IMG/VR virus record: IMGVR_UViG_3300020414_001760
Length of the DNA: 64,000 nt
Reading direction: 5' to 3' (one strand)
Source of the DNA: an uncultured virus (IMG/VR IMGVR_UViG_3300020414_001760)
Lineage: Duplodnaviria > Heunggongvirae > Uroviricota > Caudoviricetes
The notes below the pieces were generated by a model that saw only the letters and a list, made by a program, of their open reading frames with translations, did no database searches and was not told the DNA's origin. The translations under genes and the position numbers were made by a program. Positions within the stretch are counted from its first letter, which is position 1, and every line of letters begins with the position of its first letter. Below, piece after piece: positions 1-8,843 of this stretch.

Positions 1-1
1 T

Positions 2-616
2 GTATATGCCCGGTATGTAGTCTTGTGGGTTTTGTTCAAACACTTCTAAGTGTTTGTATAATTCTAATATCTCATTTTCTATTTCAAACTTTGCGTCTGT
101 AAATTTCTTGCTAAGGTTTACAAGTTTCCATATATACTTTTCTTTCATAGGAAAGTAATGTGTGTGCTTGTTATAAAAGTATTCTTTATCAGTTTGATTT
201 TTTAATTCTTCTAAATGCTTGATTACTTTTTTGTTAAAAGGAAATCTAATAGCAATCATCTTTTCGCCTTTGTACTCTACAAACTTGATCCAATGGCTAC
301 CGTCTATCTTACGTAAAGGGAATCTTAATTTTTCTACTGCTACTTTTAAATCAATTTCGTGTGCATCAAATTGATCTGTGTAGTATTCTACTAACAGTTT
401 TTTTACTAATGAATATTGTTTTGCAGTAAGAGCCGTGCCTCTAAATACTTGTTTGGCAATACTAAACATGATATTAGCATTGTCTTCATGCAAAGTAAAG
501 TTCTGTATTTTGGACAGCTCTTCGTCACCGCTATATTTTAGTTCGCTGATACCAGCAACTATCTCTAGGCAGTCTTCTGTGTTTAATGCTTTTTTAGATA
601 TGGGTCTAGTGTACAT
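2..616 (-). CDS. Hypothetical protein, runs off the left edge (partial); probably early-expressed
   Basis: Not in the ORF track. I read an open frame from ATG at 616 (MYTRPISKKALNTEDCLEIVAG...NPQDYIPGIY) to the window edge, with a consensus sigma70 promoter directly upstream. Confidence 0.8.
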   Translation of the reverse strand, partial: MYTRPISKKALNTEDCLEIVAGISELKYSGDEELSKIQNFTLHEDNANIMFSIAKQVFRGTALTAKQYSLVKKLLVEYYTDQFDAHEIDLKVAVEKLRFPLRKIDGSHWIKFVEYKGEKMIAIRFPFNKKVIKHLEELKNQTDKEYFYNKHTHYFPMKEKYIWKLVNLSKKFTDAKFEIENEILELYKHLEVFEQNPQDYIPGIY

Positions 617-622
617 CGTATT

Positions 623-651
623 ATTATACGATATTATAGGTAAGAAGTCAA
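623..651 (-). promoter_or_regulatory. Sigma70-type early promoter TTGACT-N17-TATAAT
   Basis: Minus strand: TTGACT (651-646), 17 nt spacer, TATAAT (628-623). Confidence 0.85.
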
Positions 652-1479
652 GCGATTTAGTGGTTTTCCTTCGGCGATTTCTTCCAATGTCCACTCAGTA
701 TATGCAATATCATTGAGCCATTGGGTTCTATCAGGGCGTTTTGGCATTCCTATTGTAGTAAAATCTTTATTACCTACTGGATAAGCAAGACTGCTAGGAC
801 CTGTAAACACAGGCACACCTTGCATCACTGCCTGTGTGGCAGGGTTACTTGACCAGTTGACTACAGCATAAGCACCTGTGCAATCAAAGTCAAAGTCATC
901 ATAAGTGTCTTTTATATGGACAGGTTCTTCACGTCTTACGTTTTTGTATTCGTGTTCAATACCTGTAACAGGACAACGTGGGTGTGGTCGCCATACTATG
1001 TCCATGTCAGTTCTTTCTCTAATGGTGTCGATTGTGTTCAGTAACCAAGTTGACATTGTAGGCATATCTTTCCATTGATTACTTTTGTCGTGTTGCCCAC
1101 AAATAATAATTCTATCACCGCCTAATGACCAAGGCTTTAGCTTTAGTCCCAGTTCGGTGGCTCGATCGCTATTATTACCGCTAGGGCCAAAGTTAGCATC
1201 TCGATTAATACCATTGATTCCTACCTTCCATGTCGTGCCTCTCTTAAGGCCACCTACTTCTAATACTATAACTTTTTTATTATGTGCGTGATAGTCTAAC
1301 CAGACTTTTTCGTTTCCAGCCATTCGGCCATTCCAAAGGACAGACCAAATAACAGCAACATCACTACTATCGTCACCATCAACAACGGTATGGCCAGCAC
1401 TAGCAAGACTATCTGCAAAAGCGTCAAAAACGGGTTTACTATTTTGTGCACCATACTCTCTATATAAACTAAATTTCAT
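634..1479 (-). CDS. Putative GT-B glycosyltransferase, capsule-synthesis (KpsC/KpsS-like) C-terminal domain
   Basis: WRPHP motif and AVVNWSSNPATQAVMQGVPVF; paralogous to 2281..3228 and 3204..4205; lies in a glycosyltransferase cluster. Confidence 0.55.
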   Translation of the reverse strand: MKFSLYREYGAQNSKPVFDAFADSLASAGHTVVDGDDSSDVAVIWSVLWNGRMAGNEKVWLDYHAHNKKVIVLEVGGLKRGTTWKVGINGINRDANFGPSGNNSDRATELGLKLKPWSLGGDRIIICGQHDKSNQWKDMPTMSTWLLNTIDTIRERTDMDIVWRPHPRCPVTGIEHEYKNVRREEPVHIKDTYDDFDFDCTGAYAVVNWSSNPATQAVMQGVPVFTGPSSLAYPVGNKDFTTIGMPKRPDRTQWLNDIAYTEWTLEEIAEGKPLNRLTSYL

Positions 1480-2284
1480 TCCAATACGACTCGTTACGTG
1501 GTTGCAGTAGGTCTCTCTTTCTACTACGTCCCTCCGATTTTCTTACACCCTTTAGGTGGTCAAAGTATTTACCAAGCTCACAGTTGATTAAAGGATGACC
1601 TTCGCCGTTGACTAAATGTCCACTAAAGTCTTTTACGTTAGGGTATTGTACTTGTATTTTCTTTAGTACTTCCCAGAATACATAACTATCATGCCATTCT
1701 TCCATTAAGAAGATGCCTTGTTCAGCTTCATCGTATACACGTTGAAACTCTTTTAGAAAAGCATCAGCACCAGGAGTACGTAAAGTTAATCCATAAAACC
1801 CACACTCTGGCCATTTCCTATTTCTACCTAAGTAATGTAACCATGCCTGTGGCGGTACTAATAATCTAAATTCTCCGTACGTAATAGGACTGTGTACATA
1901 AGTATCTGCGTCCATCCATACTAAAATATCTGTATCATCTTTCTTTGCTTCGTGGAATACAGCATATACTTTGTTAGCAAACCTAACTGCGTCCCACTTA
2001 AACTCCTTGTGATTATCTCTTGGTCTTCTTTCAGGCCAAGGACATTTGCCATTAGCTTTAGGAACTTGTCCCCAAATGCTTTTAAACTTTTGCAAGTCTG
2101 GTAGTGTTGCGTCAGCATCATGTATTGTTATTCTGCTTTCATCTGGATTAACAGGAATACATTTTTCTGCATACACAACTAATTTAATTTTTGGATCAAC
2201 CTTTTCAGCAAATGAATCAATGAAACGTTGTCCGTATTGTTCTAAGCCGGGTTGATGAAATGTTGTTACTACTGTAATTCTCAT
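1469..2284 (-). CDS. GT-A nucleotide-diphospho-sugar transferase
   Basis: ILVWMDAD (DxD motif) and C-terminal DHLKG. The likely start is MRITVVTTF at 2284 (ATGA overlap with the upstream stop) rather than 2314. Confidence 0.65.
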   Translation of the reverse strand: MRITVVTTFHQPGLEQYGQRFIDSFAEKVDPKIKLVVYAEKCIPVNPDESRITIHDADATLPDLQKFKSIWGQVPKANGKCPWPERRPRDNHKEFKWDAVRFANKVYAVFHEAKKDDTDILVWMDADTYVHSPITYGEFRLLVPPQAWLHYLGRNRKWPECGFYGLTLRTPGADAFLKEFQRVYDEAEQGIFLMEEWHDSYVFWEVLKKIQVQYPNVKDFSGHLVNGEGHPLINCELGKYFDHLKGVRKSEGRSRKRDLLQPRNESYWNEI

Positions 2285-3228
2285 ATCTTTAAGTACCGTT
2301 TCATATGTTGCCATGCAATACCTTCACGTAAGTCTTTGAAACTCCAATGGCATTGTGCAATCTTTTTAATCCATAAATCTCTATCAAAAGGTTTTAGTCT
2401 TGCTACGTCACTTATTTCTTTATGACATACTTCTTCAACTTGACTAGCTTGATAGTCTTCACAAATAATTGGTACACCTTCGATAACACTAGCTACCAAA
2501 GGACTACTATTAAAGCCAATAGTTACACAACTTTTTGCAAGGTCATGTTCTATCATTGGTTCAAAACTAACACGTACATCAGGTCCTTTAATACCTTTGA
2601 TATACTCTGGTGCTTTCTTATCTCCAGGGTGAGGCCTTACAATAATTGGTCTTGTTGTATATCCTCTTATCTCTGCAATTTTATGATTAGCCCAAGCTAC
2701 AACATCTTTACCTTTCATGCTCCAACCACCGTTACGTTGTAAACATAATAGTACGTGTTCACGTTCGTTGATTGTCCACTGCTTTACTGTAACGCCCAAG
2801 TCACGTGAAATCTTTTTCCATTGTTCGTCACCTGGGTTATCGTTACAATATTCCCCTGTGTTATTAAACACCCCATTGATACTATATCTTAAATAGTGAA
2901 AGGGTGCGTTTTGCTTTGCTTTATATAAAAAAAGGTTGCTGTCTGCTGTAATGAATGCTTTGTTACGTGTATTCATTGTAATGTTTCTGCGTAAGTTAAT
3001 ATGCGGAACGTGAGCACTATTGTCGTGTAAGAAGCCTTGCATGATTGCAACATCGCAATCCATCATTTCAAAGCCGTTGTATACTAAACCATTGTCACCG
3101 TTCATACGCACACCCTCGATAAAATTTTTTATAATATCAAGTTTGTGATTTTCCTTGTTAGGCTTTAGTGCCTTTCCGGGTGGTATAACTTTAGTGTATC
3201 CTATTACTCGCACGTTAAAGTCCTCCAA
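2281..3228 (-). CDS. Putative GT-B glycosyltransferase, capsule-synthesis-like (paralogue 2)
   Basis: IIVRPHP and FNSSPLVASVIEGVPII motifs. The true start may be GTG at 3213. Confidence 0.55.
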   Translation of the reverse strand: MEDFNVRVIGYTKVIPPGKALKPNKENHKLDIIKNFIEGVRMNGDNGLVYNGFEMMDCDVAIMQGFLHDNSAHVPHINLRRNITMNTRNKAFITADSNLFLYKAKQNAPFHYLRYSINGVFNNTGEYCNDNPGDEQWKKISRDLGVTVKQWTINEREHVLLCLQRNGGWSMKGKDVVAWANHKIAEIRGYTTRPIIVRPHPGDKKAPEYIKGIKGPDVRVSFEPMIEHDLAKSCVTIGFNSSPLVASVIEGVPIICEDYQASQVEEVCHKEISDVARLKPFDRDLWIKKIAQCHWSFKDLREGIAWQHMKRYLKI

Positions 3229-4205
3229 GCATACCCATTTAACATTTCTTCATATGTAAATTGATTGTTACTTAGGTATCTACAAAGGAACGTTAGCGGT
3301 TTTCTTCCGGGGTGTTTCAAAAATTCTATTCTATGTAAACTATTTTCTGCTATGTCTTGGGCACAGTTTGGTCCTAACACAATAGCAGGTTTACCATATA
3401 CCATTGACTCCAATGCCGCAATACTATTATAAGTTACCATACAATGCACATCTTCTTCCAATGCTTGTTCCATTGTACTGCTACTAACACGAGCTTCTCT
3501 GCTTGGCTTCTTACGTACTTCTACAGGTCTGTTAGTATGTTTTTTAATTTCTAATATTGTGCTTTGTATCCATTGATCCAAGTCTTCTTCAAAGTATTTC
3601 ATTACCTTTTCACTTGGCGGAACAATTAAAACTTTTCTACCTGGTACTGGATCTTTAAATTGTATGCCTAGTTGTTTCCAACGTTCTCCACCATACGCAT
3701 TAGGATTTTCATCTCTGTCTGGCATATGAAGATTTTGTAATGCGTTCTTTACAATTCTATGATATGTTTTCTTACCGTTTGGATTACGTGGACTTGGATT
3801 GTTACCTAAGTAACCTGTGTCCATGAAATAAAAATCTTTACCACGTCTAATACATTCTTTAATAATTTTTTGTTTACCTAACCCACGTACAAGGAAAGGT
3901 GCAGGATGATCCCAATAATCATTTACATCATCTGCTCTAATATATTTTCCACCACTACCTAATGCCATTCCCATAACAAAGGAATCAACAATACCAAACG
4001 TACCTTTAACTTTCTTTTCTACTTTTTTAATACCACTGTCAATACAAATAAGTTTAGGATTTTTTACATCATCAAATACTTTCTGTATGGCATGAATGGC
4101 GTGTCTATTACTGCCAATAGCTACTCCATACAATATTGAATCTATAAGTTCTTTCATCTCTGGTGTTAAGTTCCTAGGATCCCACTCGCCATGAGTTTCA
4201 CTCAT
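3204..4205 (-). CDS. Putative GT-B glycosyltransferase, capsule-synthesis-like (paralogue 3)
   Basis: YFMDTGY, VEVRKKP and VTYNSIAALESMVYGKPAI motifs. Confidence 0.55.
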   Translation of the reverse strand: MSETHGEWDPRNLTPEMKELIDSILYGVAIGSNRHAIHAIQKVFDDVKNPKLICIDSGIKKVEKKVKGTFGIVDSFVMGMALGSGGKYIRADDVNDYWDHPAPFLVRGLGKQKIIKECIRRGKDFYFMDTGYLGNNPSPRNPNGKKTYHRIVKNALQNLHMPDRDENPNAYGGERWKQLGIQFKDPVPGRKVLIVPPSEKVMKYFEEDLDQWIQSTILEIKKHTNRPVEVRKKPSREARVSSSTMEQALEEDVHCMVTYNSIAALESMVYGKPAIVLGPNCAQDIAENSLHRIEFLKHPGRKPLTFLCRYLSNNQFTYEEMLNGYAWRTLTCE

Positions 4206-4884
4206 TCTTGCTCTCCATCATGCTAGAAAGAACGTCCTTCCATTCTTGATGATAGTCGCAATTTCTATAGTTTTTAAACCATGGTCCGCCTTCCGTATAA
4301 TGTAATGCCCTTGGTGTTCCATCTGTATACCAACCAACTAGATAGTTCCAGTCCTTAGGTATCTCGCCAATTTCTAAATCATCTAACCAACTAAATCTAT
4401 GAAAATATTTTCCATCATAGTTAGGATTATTAACCATGTCTACTGTTATTTTTTGATTACTAGGATGTCCGCAGTTCCATAATACTACACTTGACCAATT
4501 CTTACGTGGGTATTGTGTTTGTACTTGTCCGTCCATCTTAGTCCCTGGTTTAGGTGTGTAATCATGATGTACACACATGACAGCATATTTGTCATCTGCT
4601 AATGCAAATAGATTGTCTACATCTTCTAAGAAAATAATGTCGCTGTCGATAAACAATGCCCAACCTTTGTAATCACAAAGATGTGGAATAAGAAAACGTG
4701 TAAATGTAAACTCTGTACTTGCAAGTTTATCTTCACCTCTCCAATATAATTTGTTATCACGCATTTCCTTTTGTATCAAAGGAATAACTTCTGTATCTTT
4801 ATTATGTTGTAAGATACTGTGTTCACATACTTGGTATGCTATATCTTCTCTAGTGTCATATCCGACAAATACTTTATTACTCAT
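4198..4884 (-). CDS. GT8-like glycosyltransferase (CDI-like family)
   Basis: VFVGYD, STEFTFTRFL, LFIDSD, RKNWSS, WNYLVG and HYTEGGPW motifs. Confidence 0.8.
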   Translation of the reverse strand: MSNKVFVGYDTREDIAYQVCEHSILQHNKDTEVIPLIQKEMRDNKLYWRGEDKLASTEFTFTRFLIPHLCDYKGWALFIDSDIIFLEDVDNLFALADDKYAVMCVHHDYTPKPGTKMDGQVQTQYPRKNWSSVVLWNCGHPSNQKITVDMVNNPNYDGKYFHRFSWLDDLEIGEIPKDWNYLVGWYTDGTPRALHYTEGGPWFKNYRNCDYHQEWKDVLSSMMESKNE

Positions 4885-5573
4885 TATGCTTCTTTCTTGA
4901 TATAAACAGCTTTCCCGTCAATATTATATATCGTTAGGCTGTCACCAAACACCTCATGAAAGGCTTTTTTGCTACCTTGCCAACTTCCATAATCGTCCAA
5001 AACCATGTATCCGCCTACAACCAATTTAGGCCAAAGCACTTGTAATTCTTTTAATGTTGACTCATACCAATCTGTGTCTAGTCTTAACAACGCAATTTTA
5101 TCTGGTATGTTAGCAGGACTGTTTAGTGTTTGTACTATGTCGCCTTTGACAAATTTAGTTTGGTCCATAGGCATATTAAATTTTTGTAAGTTAGCTTGTA
5201 CTTCTTGTATTTCTGATCTACACCATTGGTCGAAACCACGTTTTGCTTTACCGCTATCTCTAGCATAGCCTCTAGTAACACCGTCTGCTTGTAATCTAAA
5301 ATCGTGTTCAGTTGGTTGTGTCATTCCTTCAAATGTATCAAACAACCAAAACTTTCTTTTTGTTTGTGTGTTTGCTAGAAAGGCACTAATGATTTGTCCA
5401 CCTTTCCATACGCCACATTCTACTATGTCACCCTCAATGTTATTGGCGTCTAGCTCTTGCACAGTTACGTATGTATGCGCCAAACGTCTTCCGCTAGTCA
5501 TACTGTAGTCCGCAGATTTTAAAACCGCGTCTTTAACGTCCTGTGTAGGATTTTTAAAAGTTTCAAATTCCAT
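4884..5573 (-). CDS. TylF/MycF/NovP-family sugar O-methyltransferase
   Basis: GDIVECGVWKGG, LFDTFEG, LRLDTDWYEST and LDDYG motifs. Confidence 0.9.
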   Translation of the reverse strand: MEFETFKNPTQDVKDAVLKSADYSMTSGRRLAHTYVTVQELDANNIEGDIVECGVWKGGQIISAFLANTQTKRKFWLFDTFEGMTQPTEHDFRLQADGVTRGYARDSGKAKRGFDQWCRSEIQEVQANLQKFNMPMDQTKFVKGDIVQTLNSPANIPDKIALLRLDTDWYESTLKELQVLWPKLVVGGYMVLDDYGSWQGSKKAFHEVFGDSLTIYNIDGKAVYIKKEA

Positions 5574-6337
5574 TACTTTCTTTCTATATCTTCTTCAACA
5601 CAGTTTTCACCATATTGTATTTCTACAATCTTTACAGGCTTATCTGTTTCGTTGACTAATTGATGCCATTGTCCTTCATCAATTCTTAATGATTGATGTT
5701 TTTCATAAACACCGTGTAGTTCGACATCTGATGATACATTTATTGTATAAACTGTTGCAGTACCTTCAGTTACAAGCCAATACTCTGAACGTTGTTGATG
5801 GCGTTGCATTGATAATCTTTTACCTGGGTCAACAGTTAATTCTTTGACTTTAGTTGTAGGGCCGTCTTCGTGTAGCACTCTGTAGTACCCCCATTGTCTT
5901 GTTGTTTTAGGGTATTTATACTCTTGCAAAATCCAACTGCTAGAATTCTTCTTATCAGTACCACCAACACCGAATACAAATTGAACCTTGTCGTGCCAAG
6001 TAGACATTTCAGGTATGTTCTTATCTGTTCTATCTCCACCATTAGCAAATATTATATCTTTGTTGTATCCTGATGTAGCCATCAGTTTAAATATTGCACC
6101 AGAGGCAGAGTCATCGCTGTCGTCCCAAGTAAGAACGTCATCAACCATTTGTAAGTTACGGATTATTTCTACACGTTCTTTGATTGGCATAAAGGCTTGA
6201 CCTTTTTTACGTGCGAGCCATTCGTCAGAGTTAAGCCCGACGACTAGTTTGTCGCCGAGCTTCTTTGCTTCTTTAAAATAAGAAATGTGTCCTGAATGTA
6301 ACGGATCGAAGCCGCCGGTGACTAATACAACTTTCAT
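5573..6337 (-). CDS. Fusion of a cytidylyltransferase-like nucleotidyltransferase and a mannose-6-phosphate-isomerase-type cupin
   Basis: N-terminal TGGFDPLHSGH (HxGH), GLNSD, ANGGDR, NSSS; C-terminal RQWGYY, LSMQRHQQRSEYW, WHQL, EIQYG...EEDIER. Confidence 0.85.
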   Translation of the reverse strand: MKVVLVTGGFDPLHSGHISYFKEAKKLGDKLVVGLNSDEWLARKKGQAFMPIKERVEIIRNLQMVDDVLTWDDSDDSASGAIFKLMATSGYNKDIIFANGGDRTDKNIPEMSTWHDKVQFVFGVGGTDKKNSSSWILQEYKYPKTTRQWGYYRVLHEDGPTTKVKELTVDPGKRLSMQRHQQRSEYWLVTEGTATVYTINVSSDVELHGVYEKHQSLRIDEGQWHQLVNETDKPVKIVEIQYGENCVEEDIERK

Positions 6338-6342
6338 AGTTG

Positions 6343-6350
6343 TATTTAAA
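6343..6350 (-). promoter_or_regulatory. Putative T4-type late promoter (TTTAAATA), 5 nt before the ATG
   Basis: Variant of the T4 TATAAATA motif; the NNTAAATA motif recurs in front of many genes in the window. Confidence 0.55.
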
Positions 6351-6352
6351 TT

Positions 6353-6979
6353 TTATCTTGCGTCAGCTTCTACGAATTGGATCATTGTTTCTGGATCAGT
6401 ACAAGTATAAGGATCATCGTCCTCATCTCTGTGATTGAATCCAGGTTCAACAAATGCTTCTTGAACTATTCCATTAACTGCATACAACGAATATCTCCAA
6501 CTTCTATTGGCAAATCCTTTACCTCTTTTAGTACAAAGCATACCCATTGAATCAGTGAAGTCAGCATTACCATCAGCTAATAGTTTTACTTTCTCAATGC
6601 CTTGGTCTTTTGCCCAAGCATTCATTACAAAACCATCATTAACTGATACACAGTACACTTCGTCTACGCCAGCCGCCTTAAACCTATCATACATTTCTTC
6701 GTATGCAGGTAATTGCTTTTCTGAACACGTAGGAGTAAATGCACCTGGTAAACTAAACAGAACAACTTTCTTACCTTTGAAAAGATCTTCTGAGTTTTGT
6801 TTAACAAACTCTCCAGCAATTCTTTGAACAAAGTCTGCAGATGGAATCATATCCCATTTCTGAATCTTTTGTCTAGAACCTGGTAGGTCAGTTCTTTCCG
6901 CATGGTTTACAGTTTCTCTAACGTTGCCACCGTATTGCTTGGCAATCATTACGTCCGGTTGAGTTTCACTCATTTTCAT
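6353..6979 (-). CDS. Peroxiredoxin, Prx5/redoxin family
   Basis: FSLPGAFTPTCS peroxidatic motif, CVSVNDGFVMNAW, LADGNADFT, RSWRYS. Confidence 0.92.
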   Translation of the reverse strand: MKMSETQPDVMIAKQYGGNVRETVNHAERTDLPGSRQKIQKWDMIPSADFVQRIAGEFVKQNSEDLFKGKKVVLFSLPGAFTPTCSEKQLPAYEEMYDRFKAAGVDEVYCVSVNDGFVMNAWAKDQGIEKVKLLADGNADFTDSMGMLCTKRGKGFANRSWRYSLYAVNGIVQEAFVEPGFNHRDEDDDPYTCTDPETMIQFVEADAR

Positions 6980-7011
6980 AAAGTTTTATTTCCTTGTCAT
7001 GTTATCTGGAA

Positions 7012-7467
7012 TTACAGACTTGCGTCTTCCATTCCTGCAACTCGTAACTTAACTATGTTAGTAAGTTGCCATTGTTTTTGATCTAGTGCCTTTGTTACGC
7101 CTAACCATTTATTACGCATTAATGCAAATTCGTTAATTATTTTTTCATAATCAACAACGTCAGCTTCTCCGTCAACATACTTTTCAACGTCTCTGCTAGA
7201 TAATGCTCGTGCATAATTCTCTAAATACTTCTTAAAAAAACTACTACGTAATCTACGAAGTTCAATGTTGAGATATTCTAATATCGCTTCAAGTTCCTGC
7301 AACTGATTAAAACGTTGCTCAACAATCCCAGGCATCTCTGCCGCGGCACGTTCTACGTTACCTTTAATACGAATTTGTGTTTTAGCTTCAACTAATTCGT
7401 CTTCAAAGTATTGTATTGCCTTTGGAATGTTGCTTATATCTTTAGCAATATCAGAATACCAACCCAT
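7012..7467 (-). CDS. uvsY: Recombination mediator UvsY-like
   Basis: Helical 151 aa protein containing EKYVDGEADV and a KQWQLTNIVKLRVAG terminus; adjacent to uvsX. Confidence 0.75.
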   Translation of the reverse strand: MGWYSDIAKDISNIPKAIQYFEDELVEAKTQIRIKGNVERAAAEMPGIVEQRFNQLQELEAILEYLNIELRRLRSSFFKKYLENYARALSSRDVEKYVDGEADVVDYEKIINEFALMRNKWLGVTKALDQKQWQLTNIVKLRVAGMEDASL

Positions 7468-7706
7468 TAATAATCCTCGTCAATATCATTGTAGTTGTCA
7501 TCTAAGTCATCTACATCTTCTTCCAAATAATAACCTATGGCTTTATCCAAATCATGATCTGAACCTAAAGCATCTCTAAATGCTTCATCTTCTGTACCAA
7601 AGTCTGCACATAAATCTACAAACTTTTCTGCTACAGTATCAATATGCTTTTTGTCCAAATACTCTTTAAATACTTGCCAAGTCTCTACTATCTGTGTACC
7701 GTCCAT
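7467..7706 (-). CDS. Small acidic hypothetical protein
   Basis: 79 aa ORF tightly packed between uvsX and uvsY. Confidence 0.7.
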   Translation of the reverse strand: MDGTQIVETWQVFKEYLDKKHIDTVAEKFVDLCADFGTEDEAFRDALGSDHDLDKAIGYYLEEDVDDLDDNYNDIDEDY

Positions 7707-7712
7707 AACAGT

Positions 7713-8777
7713 TTACTCCTCAGGGTTAATAGTTTCCTCTTCAACAGTTTCCGGCTCCTCTGTGGATAACTTATCGAAGTCATTCATAATTATCTCTAAC
7801 TTCTCGCCACCCCAGTCTTTTCGATATTCCAAGTGTTCTTTGCCTGAACTGTCCACGTATTTAAGTCTATTACCTTGTTGAGTTAACAATCCTTTTTTCT
7901 CAAACAAGTCAACCAATCCACTGTATGGATTCATACCTGTTTCATAAGGAATCTTAACTTGTACGCCTTCAAACGGTTTTGCATATCTAGTTTTCATAAC
8001 TTTACAACCCGCTCTAATACCACGTACATCTGTTACTTTTTTACCATCTTCATCTTCTTTTAGCTTTAGCTTTTTCATAGCTACAACTATTGAACTTGCA
8101 TAGATAAATCCTTGACCACCACTGATCTTATCATCTGGATCAAACATATCTTGCGAAGCATAAGTATGGTTTGTACATACTAGTCCTACGTTGTGCGAAC
8201 CAATCATGTTAACTGTGTTTCTAACAAGTGATGTAAGTGCCTTAGGTTTTCTACCCATATCACCTTTCATATCACCTTTGTTAAATTGATCTACATCTGT
8301 AGGAGTTAGTAACATACCCAAACTATCAATAACAAACAATACCTTAGGTCTTTCCTCTTCTGGCATCGCTCTATAGTCTGTCATAAATGTTGAAATAGTT
8401 TTTGCTACGTCATCAATCATTGACATATTAAGTTTAAGCAGTTTATCTTCTGATGTATCTACGTCTAATGCGTGTAACCAACTTTCATCAAGTGCGTTCT
8501 CTGAGTCAATAAGAACTACAAAGATACCTTGATCCTGTGCGTGTTTTACAATGTTACCTGCACAAATATATGATTTACCTGCACCACTTTCGCCTGCAAA
8601 TACTGTTACCTTACCCATTGGCACACCTTTGTTAAAGTCGCCACTAATAAGATAATTGAGTGCATAGTTACCTGTCGAAACCCAATCAGTCGGATCATTA
8701 AATCCTGCACTCATTCCTGTAATAGATTTCGTTAAGTTTTTTCGAAACTTAGAAACGTCAAATGCTCTGTTAGCCAT
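7713..8777 (-). CDS. uvsX: RecA-like recombinase UvsX
   Basis: Walker A GESGAGKS, LIDSENA, VIDSLG, NHTY, SGGQG; AGGAG ribosome-binding site upstream. Confidence 0.93.
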   Translation of the reverse strand: MANRAFDVSKFRKNLTKSITGMSAGFNDPTDWVSTGNYALNYLISGDFNKGVPMGKVTVFAGESGAGKSYICAGNIVKHAQDQGIFVVLIDSENALDESWLHALDVDTSEDKLLKLNMSMIDDVAKTISTFMTDYRAMPEEERPKVLFVIDSLGMLLTPTDVDQFNKGDMKGDMGRKPKALTSLVRNTVNMIGSHNVGLVCTNHTYASQDMFDPDDKISGGQGFIYASSIVVAMKKLKLKEDEDGKKVTDVRGIRAGCKVMKTRYAKPFEGVQVKIPYETGMNPYSGLVDLFEKKGLLTQQGNRLKYVDSSGKEHLEYRKDWGGEKLEIIMNDFDKLSTEEPETVEEETINPEE

Positions 8778-8795
8778 AGTATCTCCTTAATCCAA

Positions 8796-8841
8796 TATAA
8801 GGGGTGTGCCTGCTACACTTGGTGTTGACACACCCCTATAT
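8796..8841 (-). terminator. Compound stem-loop between gp32 and uvsX (terminator or processing site)
   Basis: GGGGTGTG (8801-8808) pairs with CACACCCC (8829-8836), enclosing an inner ACAC/GTGT stem. Confidence 0.55.
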
Positions 8842-8843
8842 TA

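Noticed and set aside
634..6337. DNA hypermodification cluster
   Set aside because: No base hydroxymethylase or thymidylate-synthase-like gene nearby and the cluster follows a late-type motif; disfavoured but not excluded.
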